From NCBI GenBank assembly GCA_964445815.1, contig CAYULW010000002.1, positions 27,941 to 91,940 on the forward strand: a stretch of 64,000 nt of DNA, read 5' to 3'. Below the pieces are notes generated by a model. That model was not told where the DNA came from. It ran no database searches and was given only the letters and a program-made list of their open reading frames with translations. Positions 48,648-58,150 of the stretch are shown piece after piece; within the stretch, counting starts at the first letter, position 1; each line of letters starts with the position of its first letter. The stretch comes from an uncultured Flavobacteriales bacterium. GTDB lineage: Bacteria; Bacteroidota; Bacteroidia; Flavobacteriales_E; Vicingaceae. Both the position numbers and the translations under genes were made by a program.

Positions 48648-49328
48648 ATGAAAATGGAAGATGTAGCAATCGAAGACGTTAGGGGAATGAAAATTTCTCC
48701 CTCTGGAAACTCTGATATCAATTATTATTTCTTAATAGTGGATTTACCAATACCATCTGATGGGAATGCTCCATCCTTTGGTGGTAGCCCGGGTTATGAG
48801 TATTCTGAGGGTGTATTGACATATAATTGTGACAATATCGAAAACGAAAGTGGAGACTATTCAACATATAAAATGCCTCTTTACCTAGGGAACGAGCCGG
48901 TCACAAGTATTGTTTTAAACTGGAGTCTTAATGGTGAATCACAAGCTCAAAAAAGTGGAGATCCAGCTAAACTTAAAACAAGCACTCTAGACGCTCCGGG
49001 TTCCAATTCAATTGTCAAAGAAGACTATCAATTTAATTTTAATGTCAATTTTATTCGTGTAAAATACCTGATAAGTGAAAGTTATCCTACCATTTACTTT
49101 ATTGTTCTGTTTGTAAAAACATACGAGGGAAATTCGAAATTAATGAATGTAGAGTTAGGAGAGACAGATTCTACGATGTTGGTTTGTAATCCTGAAAATA
49201 ATACGAATGAAGGAGAGACTTATATTACCGCAGCTCATATGGTTAGGTCAACCAAAGATGAGTATACTTCAGTCCAAGTTACTGATTCAGGAACACCTAT
49301 TCCAATCAATTATCCTGAGTTGGTATAA
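48648..49328 (+). CDS. hypothetical protein
   Basis: 226-aa ORF ending 1 nt before the sensor-kinase start. Confidence 0.4.
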   Translation: MKMEDVAIEDVRGMKISPSGNSDINYYFLIVDLPIPSDGNAPSFGGSPGYEYSEGVLTYNCDNIENESGDYSTYKMPLYLGNEPVTSIVLNWSLNGESQAQKSGDPAKLKTSTLDAPGSNSIVKEDYQFNFNVNFIRVKYLISESYPTIYFIVLFVKTYEGNSKLMNVELGETDSTMLVCNPENNTNEGETYITAAHMVRSTKDEYTSVQVTDSGTPIPINYPELV

Positions 49329-49329
49329 C

Positions 49330-51243
49330 ATGCGATTTACTTTTCTGATTATTTTCTTTATTACCATAAACATCCAAGCCAAAGAGATAGACACTTCTTT
49401 TGTGATGGGAAGGGTTGTTCTGGCACATCAAATTCAAGATGAATATCCGGATTCGGCTTATACCATTGCAAAAGAAGTTCTTGCTTACTCTTCCGAAAGA
49501 GATTATGATGAGGGTATGGCCTATGCTTATTTGCGCATGGGACATTTAATGAATGTATCCGGAAAGAATGATTCTGCGCTTCATTTTGCTATGCAAGCCT
49601 ATCAACTTAGAAAAGCCAGAGAGGATTATAAAGGAGCCATTGGTGCTGCTTTTACATTATCATACATTTATAATGAGTTGGGTCAATCAGATTCGGCTTT
49701 TTCTATTCTTTATCAAGCCATTGAATTGGAGAAATCCATTTCAGATAGCTTGACATTAGCTCAATTACACCTTGAATTGGGACAATTGTTGAGAGAATAT
49801 GAAAATCACGATGCTGCCATTGAAAGCATTGAAAAGGCGAAAACATTTAATTCAACAATTAAGGATAAGTACCTCAGCATTCAAATTTATGATGCTCTTG
49901 GGTCGGTTTATTATGCTTCAAATCAAAACTTGAAGGCATTGGATGAATATTTAAAGGCGAATCAATTACTTTCTGAGGATGAATTTTCTACAAGTTTAAT
50001 GTTAAATTTAAACAACCTTGCCAATTGTTACACTCGGCTAGATAACCATGAAAAGGCAAAGCGCATTTATCTTTTAATCATTAGAGAACTTAGAGCTAGT
50101 AAGAGGTATCCTGATCTTTCATTGGCTTATTTTAACATTGGTATGCTTTATTCTAATAATGAGAATTGTGACAGTGCGATTTACTATTACAATAAATCAT
50201 ACAATATTGCTTACATGAATGATGATGTTTACCGTCAGGCAGCTTGTGAACATCAAAAGGCAAAATGTTTTCACGAATTGGGGAATCATGAGTCAGCCTA
50301 TATTCACCATTATCGGTTTAAAGAATTGAGCGATAGTCTTCTAAACATAGACAAGCTAAGTTTGATTGAGGAGTTAAATACAAAATATCAGACTAGGTTA
50401 AAAGAACAAGAAATCGAACTACTGGATAAGGAAAATAAGACTAAAACAGCTCAACGTAATGCTCTTGTCATTGGAATTTTTCTTTTGATGATTTTAGCGT
50501 CAGCAATCATCTTTTTCTTTTCTCAGAAAAACAAGATTAGCAAACAAAAACAGCAAATTGCTCAACAAAAGTTAGACAGTGTATTGGATGAGCAGGAGAT
50601 CAAAACCTACAATGCCATGATAGAAGGGCAAGAAGAAGAGCGACAACGTATTGCTAGCGATTTGCATGATCGCTTGGGAAGTATGCTCTCCACCATAAAA
50701 CTTTTGTTTTCATCATTAGAAGAGAAGATTGTCAATGTACAAAACGAGAACAAGACACAATACGAGAAAGCGACTAACTTAATTGATGAGGCTTGTGTTG
50801 AAGTCAGGCGCATTTCTCATAATTTAAGTTCGGGTTTGGTGGCCAATTACGGTTTGGTGAAAGCGCTTGAAGATTTATGTGAAACCATCAATCATAGCTC
50901 TAAGGTAGAGTGTAAGTTGTTGACGTATAACATGGAAGAAGGCTTGCCACTGCGTTTTGAAGTAGAATTGTATCGCATTGCTCAGGAAGTATTGAATAAT
51001 GCTTTAAAACATGCCGATGCAAATACGATAACCATACAGTTGGGCAGATTGGAAGATGAAATGAGCATGACCATAGAAGATGACGGAAAGGGCTTTGAGG
51101 TAGATAAAACTAAAGGAAAGGAAGGCATGGGCTTAGACAGTATGAGGAAAAGAGCTGAGAAATTAAACGGAAACTTATACATCGATTCCGATATTGACAA
51201 AGGCACGATTACCATCGTTGAAATACCATTGAATAGAACATGA
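49330..51243 (+). CDS. TPR-repeat sensor histidine kinase (HisKA_3 / HATPase_c)
   Basis: Track ORF starts at 49207. The likely start is MRFTFLIIFFITINIQA (49330). Extracytoplasmic TPR-rich domain, one TM helix, H-box IASDLHDRLGSMLSTIKL, ATPase motifs (...DDGKGF..., G-rich). Confidence 0.8.
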   Translation: MRFTFLIIFFITINIQAKEIDTSFVMGRVVLAHQIQDEYPDSAYTIAKEVLAYSSERDYDEGMAYAYLRMGHLMNVSGKNDSALHFAMQAYQLRKAREDYKGAIGAAFTLSYIYNELGQSDSAFSILYQAIELEKSISDSLTLAQLHLELGQLLREYENHDAAIESIEKAKTFNSTIKDKYLSIQIYDALGSVYYASNQNLKALDEYLKANQLLSEDEFSTSLMLNLNNLANCYTRLDNHEKAKRIYLLIIRELRASKRYPDLSLAYFNIGMLYSNNENCDSAIYYYNKSYNIAYMNDDVYRQAACEHQKAKCFHELGNHESAYIHHYRFKELSDSLLNIDKLSLIEELNTKYQTRLKEQEIELLDKENKTKTAQRNALVIGIFLLMILASAIIFFFSQKNKISKQKQQIAQQKLDSVLDEQEIKTYNAMIEGQEEERQRIASDLHDRLGSMLSTIKLLFSSLEEKIVNVQNENKTQYEKATNLIDEACVEVRRISHNLSSGLVANYGLVKALEDLCETINHSSKVECKLLTYNMEEGLPLRFEVELYRIAQEVLNNALKHADANTITIQLGRLEDEMSMTIEDDGKGFEVDKTKGKEGMGLDSMRKRAEKLNGNLYIDSDIDKGTITIVEIPLNRT

Positions 51244-51881
51244 TAAAAGTTGTAATTGTTGATGACCATCAGATATTTATTGATGGACTCAAAGAGTTGT
51301 TTAAAGGCATAGAAAACATTGAGGTGGTCGGAGAGGCGAATAATGGAGTGGATCTGATTGATCTCCTGAGTAAAAGGGCTTGTGATGTGGTCTTACTGGA
51401 TGTAAACATGCCAAAAATGGATGGTTTGGCATCTGCTAAGTATTTGGTTGAACATCATGAACAGATTAAAATCCTAATGTTGACCATGCACGATACGAAA
51501 CTGTACATTGAGAAATTGCTCAAAGCCGGTGCGCATGGTTATATTTTAAAGAATACGGGTAGAGCTGAATTAAAAACTGCCATAGAGGCGGTATACAATG
51601 GAGAAAATTATTACAGTCAATCGGTGACCCAAACCATTATGCAGAGCCTTAACAAAAATAATCTTAACCGCAAGACTGTTCAGGTTGAATTGACCGATCG
51701 TGAAAAGGACGTGTTAAAACTCATTGCCAAAGAGTTGACTTCTCATGAGATCGCTGAAGAATTATTCATTAGTCATCATACAGTAGAATCTCATCGTAAG
51801 AACCTCATTGCCAAATTGGGGGTCAGAAGTTTGGCCGGTTTGGTGAAATATGCTGTAAAAATGGGTTTGGATGAAGATTGA
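51240..51881 (+). CDS. LuxR/NarL-family response regulator
   Basis: 213 aa. REC domain (VVIVDDH..., LDVNMPKMDG) and LuxR HTH (LTDREKDVLKLIAKELTSHEIAEELFISHHTVESHRKNLIAKLG). 4-bp overlap with the kinase gene. Confidence 0.9.
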   Translation: MIKVVIVDDHQIFIDGLKELFKGIENIEVVGEANNGVDLIDLLSKRACDVVLLDVNMPKMDGLASAKYLVEHHEQIKILMLTMHDTKLYIEKLLKAGAHGYILKNTGRAELKTAIEAVYNGENYYSQSVTQTIMQSLNKNNLNRKTVQVELTDREKDVLKLIAKELTSHEIAEELFISHHTVESHRKNLIAKLGVRSLAGLVKYAVKMGLDED

Positions 51882-51980
51882 GTATTTCTTAGTGGAGAAA
51901 TAAAATCTGTTTTTTATTGTGTAACATGACTTACATAAACAACTAAACAGCACGGCTATTTTTGTCAAAAAATTAAAATA

Positions 51981-52295
51981 ATGTTCAACACCATAAAATC
52001 AATATTCGGATTAGGTACACCTGTAGATTATAAAGCCCTTAAGGAAAGTGGAGCCCTTATACTTGATGTGAGAACACCTGCCGAATTCCATGGGGGGCAT
52101 ATCAAAGGATCGAAAAATGTGCCTTTGGATCAGATTGAGAAAAAGCTTGAATCGTTTAAAGATAAAAAGCAAACCATTATTACTTGTTGTGCATCAGGCA
52201 TGAGGAGCGCTTCTGCTAAAAACATTTTAAAATCCAAAGGGTTTGAAAATGTATACAATGGCGGTGGATGGCAAAGCTTGCAGAGAAAGGTTTAG
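51981..52295 (+). CDS. rhodanese-like sulfurtransferase domain protein
   Basis: 104 aa. ...IITCCASGMRSASA (active-site Cys loop). Confidence 0.8.
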   Translation: MFNTIKSIFGLGTPVDYKALKESGALILDVRTPAEFHGGHIKGSKNVPLDQIEKKLESFKDKKQTIITCCASGMRSASAKNILKSKGFENVYNGGGWQSLQRKV

Positions 52296-52327
52296 GTTTA
52301 AATAGTGTAGGTGCTGTGGTTGTTCCT

Positions 52328-53161
52328 TTACAGGGATTTGGTGTATGTTAAACTGTGATTCGAGATGTAATCATTTACCATCTCAAGAGAAACCGCATCA
52401 AAAGCCTCATGATAAGCATGTCTTTTAAAATAGCCTTTTTCAATCAGTGCTTTTGCCTGATAAAAAGCCTCTTTAGAAAGTTTTGGAAAATCCGTCTCTC
52501 GATAGCATAAGCCTTTATAAAAATAAGCCATAGCACATTGTGGATAGTTGGCAATGGCCAGATTGAAACTCTCAATGGCTTCATTAAACTTTTCGAGTTC
52601 CATAAAACAGATTCCTCGATAAACGTAGGCATAGACATCCACATGCTCTCCTTCATAGTCAATCAAAAGATCAAATTCACGTATGGCAGAGCTATAGTCA
52701 CCCATTTGCTTGTAACAAAGTCCTTTCAGGTAATTAATGTGTTCGCCCCAGCAAAAATCAGGCTGATCTGGTGTAAAATCATCATAACGCTTTAGTCGAT
52801 CTAAGGCTCTTGGATAATCTCTGTAATAATAAAGCAGTAACCAGCCATAATAATAACCGGTTTCTTTAGGGTTAAGTTCCCATGCTTTCTCCAGCAGTGG
52901 AAAGGCAATGTGATAATCGCCGATTTTAGTATGTGCCATTGATTTTCCCTGATAATACTTAGATTCATCCGGATTAATCGCAATCAATGCATCACTATTG
53001 GCTTGTCTTTTAAGGCTGCCTTGATAGAATTTCTTTCTTTTGAGTAAAAGAGTATTTTCATCAAGTTTCTGTAAAAGGTTTGCACTTTTTTCGCATGAAC
53101 CCATCAGAAACAGTAAACCAAGTAATAGACCACTAAGGAAATATTTCAACGACTTTGCCAT
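52328..53161 (-). CDS. TPR-repeat lipoprotein
   Basis: 277 aa. Lipobox LFLMGSCEK. Several TPR motifs. Confidence 0.6.
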   Translation of the reverse strand: MAKSLKYFLSGLLLGLLFLMGSCEKSANLLQKLDENTLLLKRKKFYQGSLKRQANSDALIAINPDESKYYQGKSMAHTKIGDYHIAFPLLEKAWELNPKETGYYYGWLLLYYYRDYPRALDRLKRYDDFTPDQPDFCWGEHINYLKGLCYKQMGDYSSAIREFDLLIDYEGEHVDVYAYVYRGICFMELEKFNEAIESFNLAIANYPQCAMAYFYKGLCYRETDFPKLSKEAFYQAKALIEKGYFKRHAYHEAFDAVSLEMVNDYISNHSLTYTKSL

Positions 53162-54182
53162 TTTTAATTTTGTAGGTTAAAAAACGATAAGTATCAATCG
53201 GTTCTCTTTGTTTATTTACTCCTGCATTCCAATCGGTAAGGGTCTTGGTGAATTCAAAAATCTGTTTAGAAATGTCCTTCGGAAAGGTCTTTAAGCGGTA
53301 ATTCTCATCGAACTCCATCATCTTAAAACGTCCGGGTTTTCCTTTACAGTTGACAATAAATTCTATTTTGATGAGGCCTGATTCTGTTGAAGCTTCAGGA
53401 GCTTTGTATTGAGTCCTAAATAGCTTGTTGATTTTGTAGATGCCTCCCTTGTAAAAAGTGTCTTTATAATAATAGCGGTGATGAGGATTGTTTCTGTATA
53501 AATAGGAATTACAGGTTTGGAAATCATCAAGCTGCATGTTTTCCTGTTTTGAATCCAGAGTATAATGAACACTTTTCCATTTCCCGTTTTGCCATCTGTT
53601 CACCTTAAAACCACCCTCGTTTATCTCTGTAATGACCTCTGTAAATCGCGGATTTTTTTCACATTTAAAGACAGAACCATACTTGAGCAGAAAGGAAATG
53701 CCGTTCTTTTTCCATATTTTCCAACAGGCTTTTTCTACGCGATTTTTAGATTGGATAAGGACTTCATGATCTGAAGTGAATTGTATGGTATCATATTCAC
53801 TTGTAAAGGTCTTGTTCAGAAAATAGTCACTAGGCGCATTAATTTTTTTAGCGGAATTAACGTTAAAGTAAAAAGAAGAATAAGCATCGCGAAATTGAAA
53901 CTCCGTCTCTTTCAGGAGGTATTGTGCCGGTAAAAATTTTAGAGTATCTATATAGAGGTTTTGATGTTCCAATCGCCATTCACCTGTATCAGATGTTTCA
54001 CTTCCTACCCAGCCCATTTCTATTTCGCCATTCTCTTTAGCCCATAAATAGCGGGGCAGAGGAGTATAGAAATTCGCGTCCATCTCGTAAGCCGCACCAA
54101 TCCAAAACCCCTCAAAAGACGATTCTCTTTTACAGGAGAATAGAAGTAAAGCGATTGCTATGTAGAGAACAAACTTCCTCAT
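53133..54182 (-). CDS. hypothetical lipoprotein
   Basis: 349 aa. LLLFSCKRE lipobox. Confidence 0.45.
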   Translation of the reverse strand: MRKFVLYIAIALLLFSCKRESSFEGFWIGAAYEMDANFYTPLPRYLWAKENGEIEMGWVGSETSDTGEWRLEHQNLYIDTLKFLPAQYLLKETEFQFRDAYSSFYFNVNSAKKINAPSDYFLNKTFTSEYDTIQFTSDHEVLIQSKNRVEKACWKIWKKNGISFLLKYGSVFKCEKNPRFTEVITEINEGGFKVNRWQNGKWKSVHYTLDSKQENMQLDDFQTCNSYLYRNNPHHRYYYKDTFYKGGIYKINKLFRTQYKAPEASTESGLIKIEFIVNCKGKPGRFKMMEFDENYRLKTFPKDISKQIFEFTKTLTDWNAGVNKQREPIDTYRFLTYKIKNGKVVEIFP

Positions 54183-54257
54183 CTTGCGAAGATAAAGGAA
54201 GCCTTATTGATATTTTCCTAAGGAATGTTAATCTATAGGGTATGCGATAAACTCAAT

Positions 54258-57200
54258 CTATTTTACAAAATACTTACTTGTGAAAATGCCTTCAGGAGAA
54301 GTGACTTTAATTAAATGTAGGCCTTTGTTAAGTGTTCTTCCATGTAAGAGTTCCATCTCAAGATAAACCGTTCCTTCTTCAATAAGAAGAGTGCGGTCCA
54401 AAACTAATTTTCCTGATTCGTCTAGAATACTGATGTTGTATTTTCCCGATTTAAAATTGATGAATTCCACAAAGATGCTGTTACCGTCTCCCGGATTAGG
54501 GTAAAGTAAAACCTCACTGTCTGTCGTTTCATTAAACTTAAGCTGCCTACTTACCGCAACCGGATCAAAGCTCTCTGATTGACCATTAAAATCTGTTTGA
54601 CTTAATCTATAGTAACTGATTCCTTGATAAGGTGATTGATCTATCGTTTGATATTTTCGTTCAATATTGGAATTACCCGCCCCAATGACTTTATTAACAA
54701 ACTCCCAATGTGTTCCATTCATAGATCTTTCTACAATAAAGAAATCATTATTAACTTCTGAGCTTGTAAACCATGTGACTTCAACATTATTGTCATGATT
54801 AAATTCAGCATGGAAGCTCAGAAGCTCAATTGGTAAGGGAGTTGATATAGCATCTATAGATCCGACTGTAAATCGCTGATTATCCGAAAAGTCAATTCCT
54901 GTCCAAGAGAATACATCACTTCCAAGGTCTGTTGCACCTGAAAGCACTCCACCAGAGCCAACGGTTTCATCAATAAATAGTCCGTCATTATCGGTGTCTA
55001 TTAACAATCTTAAGTCAGATGCAGCTATTGACCCAAAGACAGATGAGAGATCAAAAGAAATATTCACAGTACCCACATCTCCTGTTTCGCTTACACGCCA
55101 AACTCTTGCTAATCGGCTTTCAATTATTAAGGGCAGGTCAATAATTCCGAATGAACTTAATGCGCCATTGTTATGTCCCCAGATTAAGTACTCACTATTA
55201 TCCATGTCAGATGCTGTATTAATACGTACTATTCCCGTACCTTGTGCATCAAGGTGATTAGTACCATCTGCTGCTTGACCAATTCCTGCAACGTCAAAAT
55301 CAAATCCATTATCATCTTCATCATAGTTGTCATTAGCATCTAAACTAAAGCCATATTTGGCAGCCATCGCATTATGCACAATTATGCGTTGTGCATCATT
55401 TAGCGGACCTGAATATATCATAACTTCTCCTAAAGAAGCATCAACCTCTCTTCCTGTAGTACTTTCCTCATTCCCAATATATAGCTCGTTGGAGTTTGTT
55501 TGCGGAGTTCGTGTTTCAGCATCTGTTTCGGTTTGATTTCCATCAATAAAAAACTCAAAGTTAGATTGATCATAATCTAGTTGATATATGCCATAATTAG
55601 AGGTTGAAAATGTTTCATCAGGTTCTGCATCGGTACTGCGTGCGGCTGTAGTATAATATACTGGATAATGAAAGTTGCCGGTTGATGGGAAGTTTGTTAG
55701 AAACTCATAGTTTTCTTGAGCATCAGGACCTTTTACAATAAATGCATTATAGTTCTTATGGTTATTAATTATTCCCACAATTAATATGCTCCAAGTTGTA
55801 AGATCCAGGCTATTGTCATCAGAAGCTGTTAAGTAGTGATCACTTCCATCAAAAGTGATAATAGGATGTGAGTTAGTTCCAGTTCCGTCATAATCCGGGC
55901 GATTACTAGCAGCAGGGGGGGTGGCATGGTTGTCATAACCTGACTGATCATCCCATTGGGTGACTTCATTAGAGCTTTCAGAAACACCTTGATTAGCGTC
56001 TAACCATAAACTCAAAGTGCCTGTACCATCAGTATCTCCCACACCTCCGGGGCCTAAATACCCTAATGTAGCTACGCCTATTGTAAAACGTTCATTATCA
56101 TCTATATCAACACCTGTCCATTCATAAACGCTACCACCTGTATTCGTTGCGCCGGAAATGACACTAGCACCACTTTCATCGCTAAAGGAACCATCATTAT
56201 CTGAGTCAATAATTAATCTGAGGTCATCAGTAGGATAGGTGCCGGATAAATTTGCCAGATCAAATGAAATTGTTATTGTTCCAACTTCACCACTTTCAGA
56301 AGCTCTCCATTTTCGAACCAAGATTTGACCAACACCAGATGGTGCATCACTACTTGTGAAACTCAATGAGCCATTATCATGTCCCCATATGATAAATTCG
56401 CTGTTGGCTAAACCTGAAGGCGATCTCATTCTTACAATTCCTGTACCCTGTGCATCCTCATGACTAGTTCCGTCACTAGCTTGTCCAATACCTGCTACTT
56501 CAAAATCAAAATTTCCATTTCCTCCATCATCTTCATCGTATAAATCATTGGAAGAAAGGCTTATGGCATATTTTGCTGCTAAATAATTCTGAATAATAAT
56601 GCGCTGTGCCAGATTAGCACTTGCCTTAAACGCAATCATTTCAGCAATTTCACCATCCATTGTTTCTGACCCTTGTCTGCCAATACCAAAGTCTGTCCAG
56701 CTTTGCAATGTCCCATCATAGGAAACTGTGCCTGCAGTAGCTCCATTGACGTATTGTGTGATGTCACTACCATCATAATCTTGTGTAATGGCATAAAATT
56801 GACCGGTAGATAATGAAGTGACCTGCGAAATGTTTCGTATTGTAACACTAGATTCAATTCCCCTTCCCCAAATATTTCCAGTTCCGGTACTGACCCACAT
56901 GCCTATTGTTTTGGTAGTTGTAGTGCCACTAAATGCATTTCCGGAGGTAGCTGCATGAATGATGCCGTCATTTGAGCCAGAGCCAAACCCATTGAGTTGA
57001 AATACGGTAAAAATGGTCGCCTCATCGTTAGTGGTTAAGCTGGAAGATAAGATGCGTTCATCAGTATCATCAAATACTACAGTAGAAAACCCGTTAACGG
57101 CATTGGTATTTAAACTTGGTCTTTCAGAAACATCAGATTCGCTGGCATGATGATCATTACCTGAAGCATCATTCCATTGCTGAATGTTTTGACCATCTGT

Positions 57201-57869
57201 AGCACCCGTAGAGCCTGCATCCGTGTAGGTATTGCCTTCTGCAACTAGCCACAGTTCTAACTCGCCTGAGCCATCTGTTTCGCCCACGCCTCCTGGCCCA
57301 TCAATCCCTAAGCTACTTGCTGTCCCTGTGACAACAATATCATCGAACAAACCTCTGTCACCCCCATCGTCATTATTGACTAAAACGGTAATGGTTAAAG
57401 AAGAGCCTGAAAGACCTGTTACTGAATTCGTAGCCGTTCCTCCGAAGTTTCCTTCTCCATTCCCGACGCCAAACTCAACATTTCCGGAACCGGTATTGTA
57501 ATAAGTTCTAACATAATCGCCATCATTATCGTAGTTAGTCTCTCCTATAAGGATAGAAATACCAATATTCGTATAACCGGTCAAATCTATACTTTCAGAA
57601 GTCCAAGTCATATCACCATCTGTATTTCGTCCGCTCATTGAAAGAGTTCCCGAAATAACATTAGCACTTTCTACACGCCACCAATTTGATGGAGTTCCCG
57701 TTTTTGTCCAGTCTACTCCAGTTGGTGAGTTATTATCTTGAGCAGTCTGATCATTGTCTGAGTATCCGGTTTCAAAATCTACACTCCAAAGGGTCACTTG
57801 ACCATTAACACCTCCAGAAAAAAACAAGAAACATACAATGATGATAATCTTGTTGGTTGAGTATCTCAT
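54258..57869 (-). CDS. large secreted protein with two tandem ~400-aa LamG/ConA-like modules and T9SS C-terminal sorting domain
   Basis: 1203 aa. Signal peptide. Internal duplication (…IDGPGGVGETDGSGELELWLVAEG… vs …GYLGPGGVGDTDGTGTLSLWLDANQG…, each followed by a …QWNDASGNDHHA… / …QWDDQSGYDNHA… LamG-like motif). C-terminal ...VLLYPNPGDGNSIFVEF...LHLIKV...KYFVK is a T9SS CTD. Confidence 0.75.
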   Translation of the reverse strand: MRYSTNKIIIIVCFLFFSGGVNGQVTLWSVDFETGYSDNDQTAQDNNSPTGVDWTKTGTPSNWWRVESANVISGTLSMSGRNTDGDMTWTSESIDLTGYTNIGISILIGETNYDNDGDYVRTYYNTGSGNVEFGVGNGEGNFGGTATNSVTGLSGSSLTITVLVNNDDGGDRGLFDDIVVTGTASSLGIDGPGGVGETDGSGELELWLVAEGNTYTDAGSTGATDGQNIQQWNDASGNDHHASESDVSERPSLNTNAVNGFSTVVFDDTDERILSSSLTTNDEATIFTVFQLNGFGSGSNDGIIHAATSGNAFSGTTTTKTIGMWVSTGTGNIWGRGIESSVTIRNISQVTSLSTGQFYAITQDYDGSDITQYVNGATAGTVSYDGTLQSWTDFGIGRQGSETMDGEIAEMIAFKASANLAQRIIIQNYLAAKYAISLSSNDLYDEDDGGNGNFDFEVAGIGQASDGTSHEDAQGTGIVRMRSPSGLANSEFIIWGHDNGSLSFTSSDAPSGVGQILVRKWRASESGEVGTITISFDLANLSGTYPTDDLRLIIDSDNDGSFSDESGASVISGATNTGGSVYEWTGVDIDDNERFTIGVATLGYLGPGGVGDTDGTGTLSLWLDANQGVSESSNEVTQWDDQSGYDNHATPPAASNRPDYDGTGTNSHPIITFDGSDHYLTASDDNSLDLTTWSILIVGIINNHKNYNAFIVKGPDAQENYEFLTNFPSTGNFHYPVYYTTAARSTDAEPDETFSTSNYGIYQLDYDQSNFEFFIDGNQTETDAETRTPQTNSNELYIGNEESTTGREVDASLGEVMIYSGPLNDAQRIIVHNAMAAKYGFSLDANDNYDEDDNGFDFDVAGIGQAADGTNHLDAQGTGIVRINTASDMDNSEYLIWGHNNGALSSFGIIDLPLIIESRLARVWRVSETGDVGTVNISFDLSSVFGSIAASDLRLLIDTDNDGLFIDETVGSGGVLSGATDLGSDVFSWTGIDFSDNQRFTVGSIDAISTPLPIELLSFHAEFNHDNNVEVTWFTSSEVNNDFFIVERSMNGTHWEFVNKVIGAGNSNIERKYQTIDQSPYQGISYYRLSQTDFNGQSESFDPVAVSRQLKFNETTDSEVLLYPNPGDGNSIFVEFINFKSGKYNISILDESGKLVLDRTLLIEEGTVYLEMELLHGRTLNKGLHLIKVTSPEGIFTSKYFVK

Positions 57870-57946
57870 TTTTTATGGAAAAAGTTCTCTTACAAAAGTA
57901 TAAGAAAAAATTTTATTTTAACAATAAATTAATCCTATTTATTTGA

Positions 57947-58150
57947 TTAGTAAGTTGCTGCGCTCTTACTTGAATCGGATTTTAATTTTGAGAGTTCAGC
58001 ACTCACATTGATCAACTGTGCTTCCGTAGCTTCTAATTTTATCTTTAAGCGTTCAATTTCCTTATCGGCTTCTGTGTTTTGCTCAGGGCAAGGCTGTTGG
58101 CAGGCGATTACTAAAAGAGTGAATATACTAATGCTGAATAGAGTTTTCAT
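57947..58150 (-). CDS. hypothetical small coiled-coil lipoprotein
   Basis: 67 aa. LLVIACQQ lipobox. Overlaps the patatin-like gene stop by 23 bp. Confidence 0.35.
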   Translation of the reverse strand: MKTLFSISIFTLLVIACQQPCPEQNTEADKEIERLKIKLEATEAQLINVSAELSKLKSDSSKSAATY

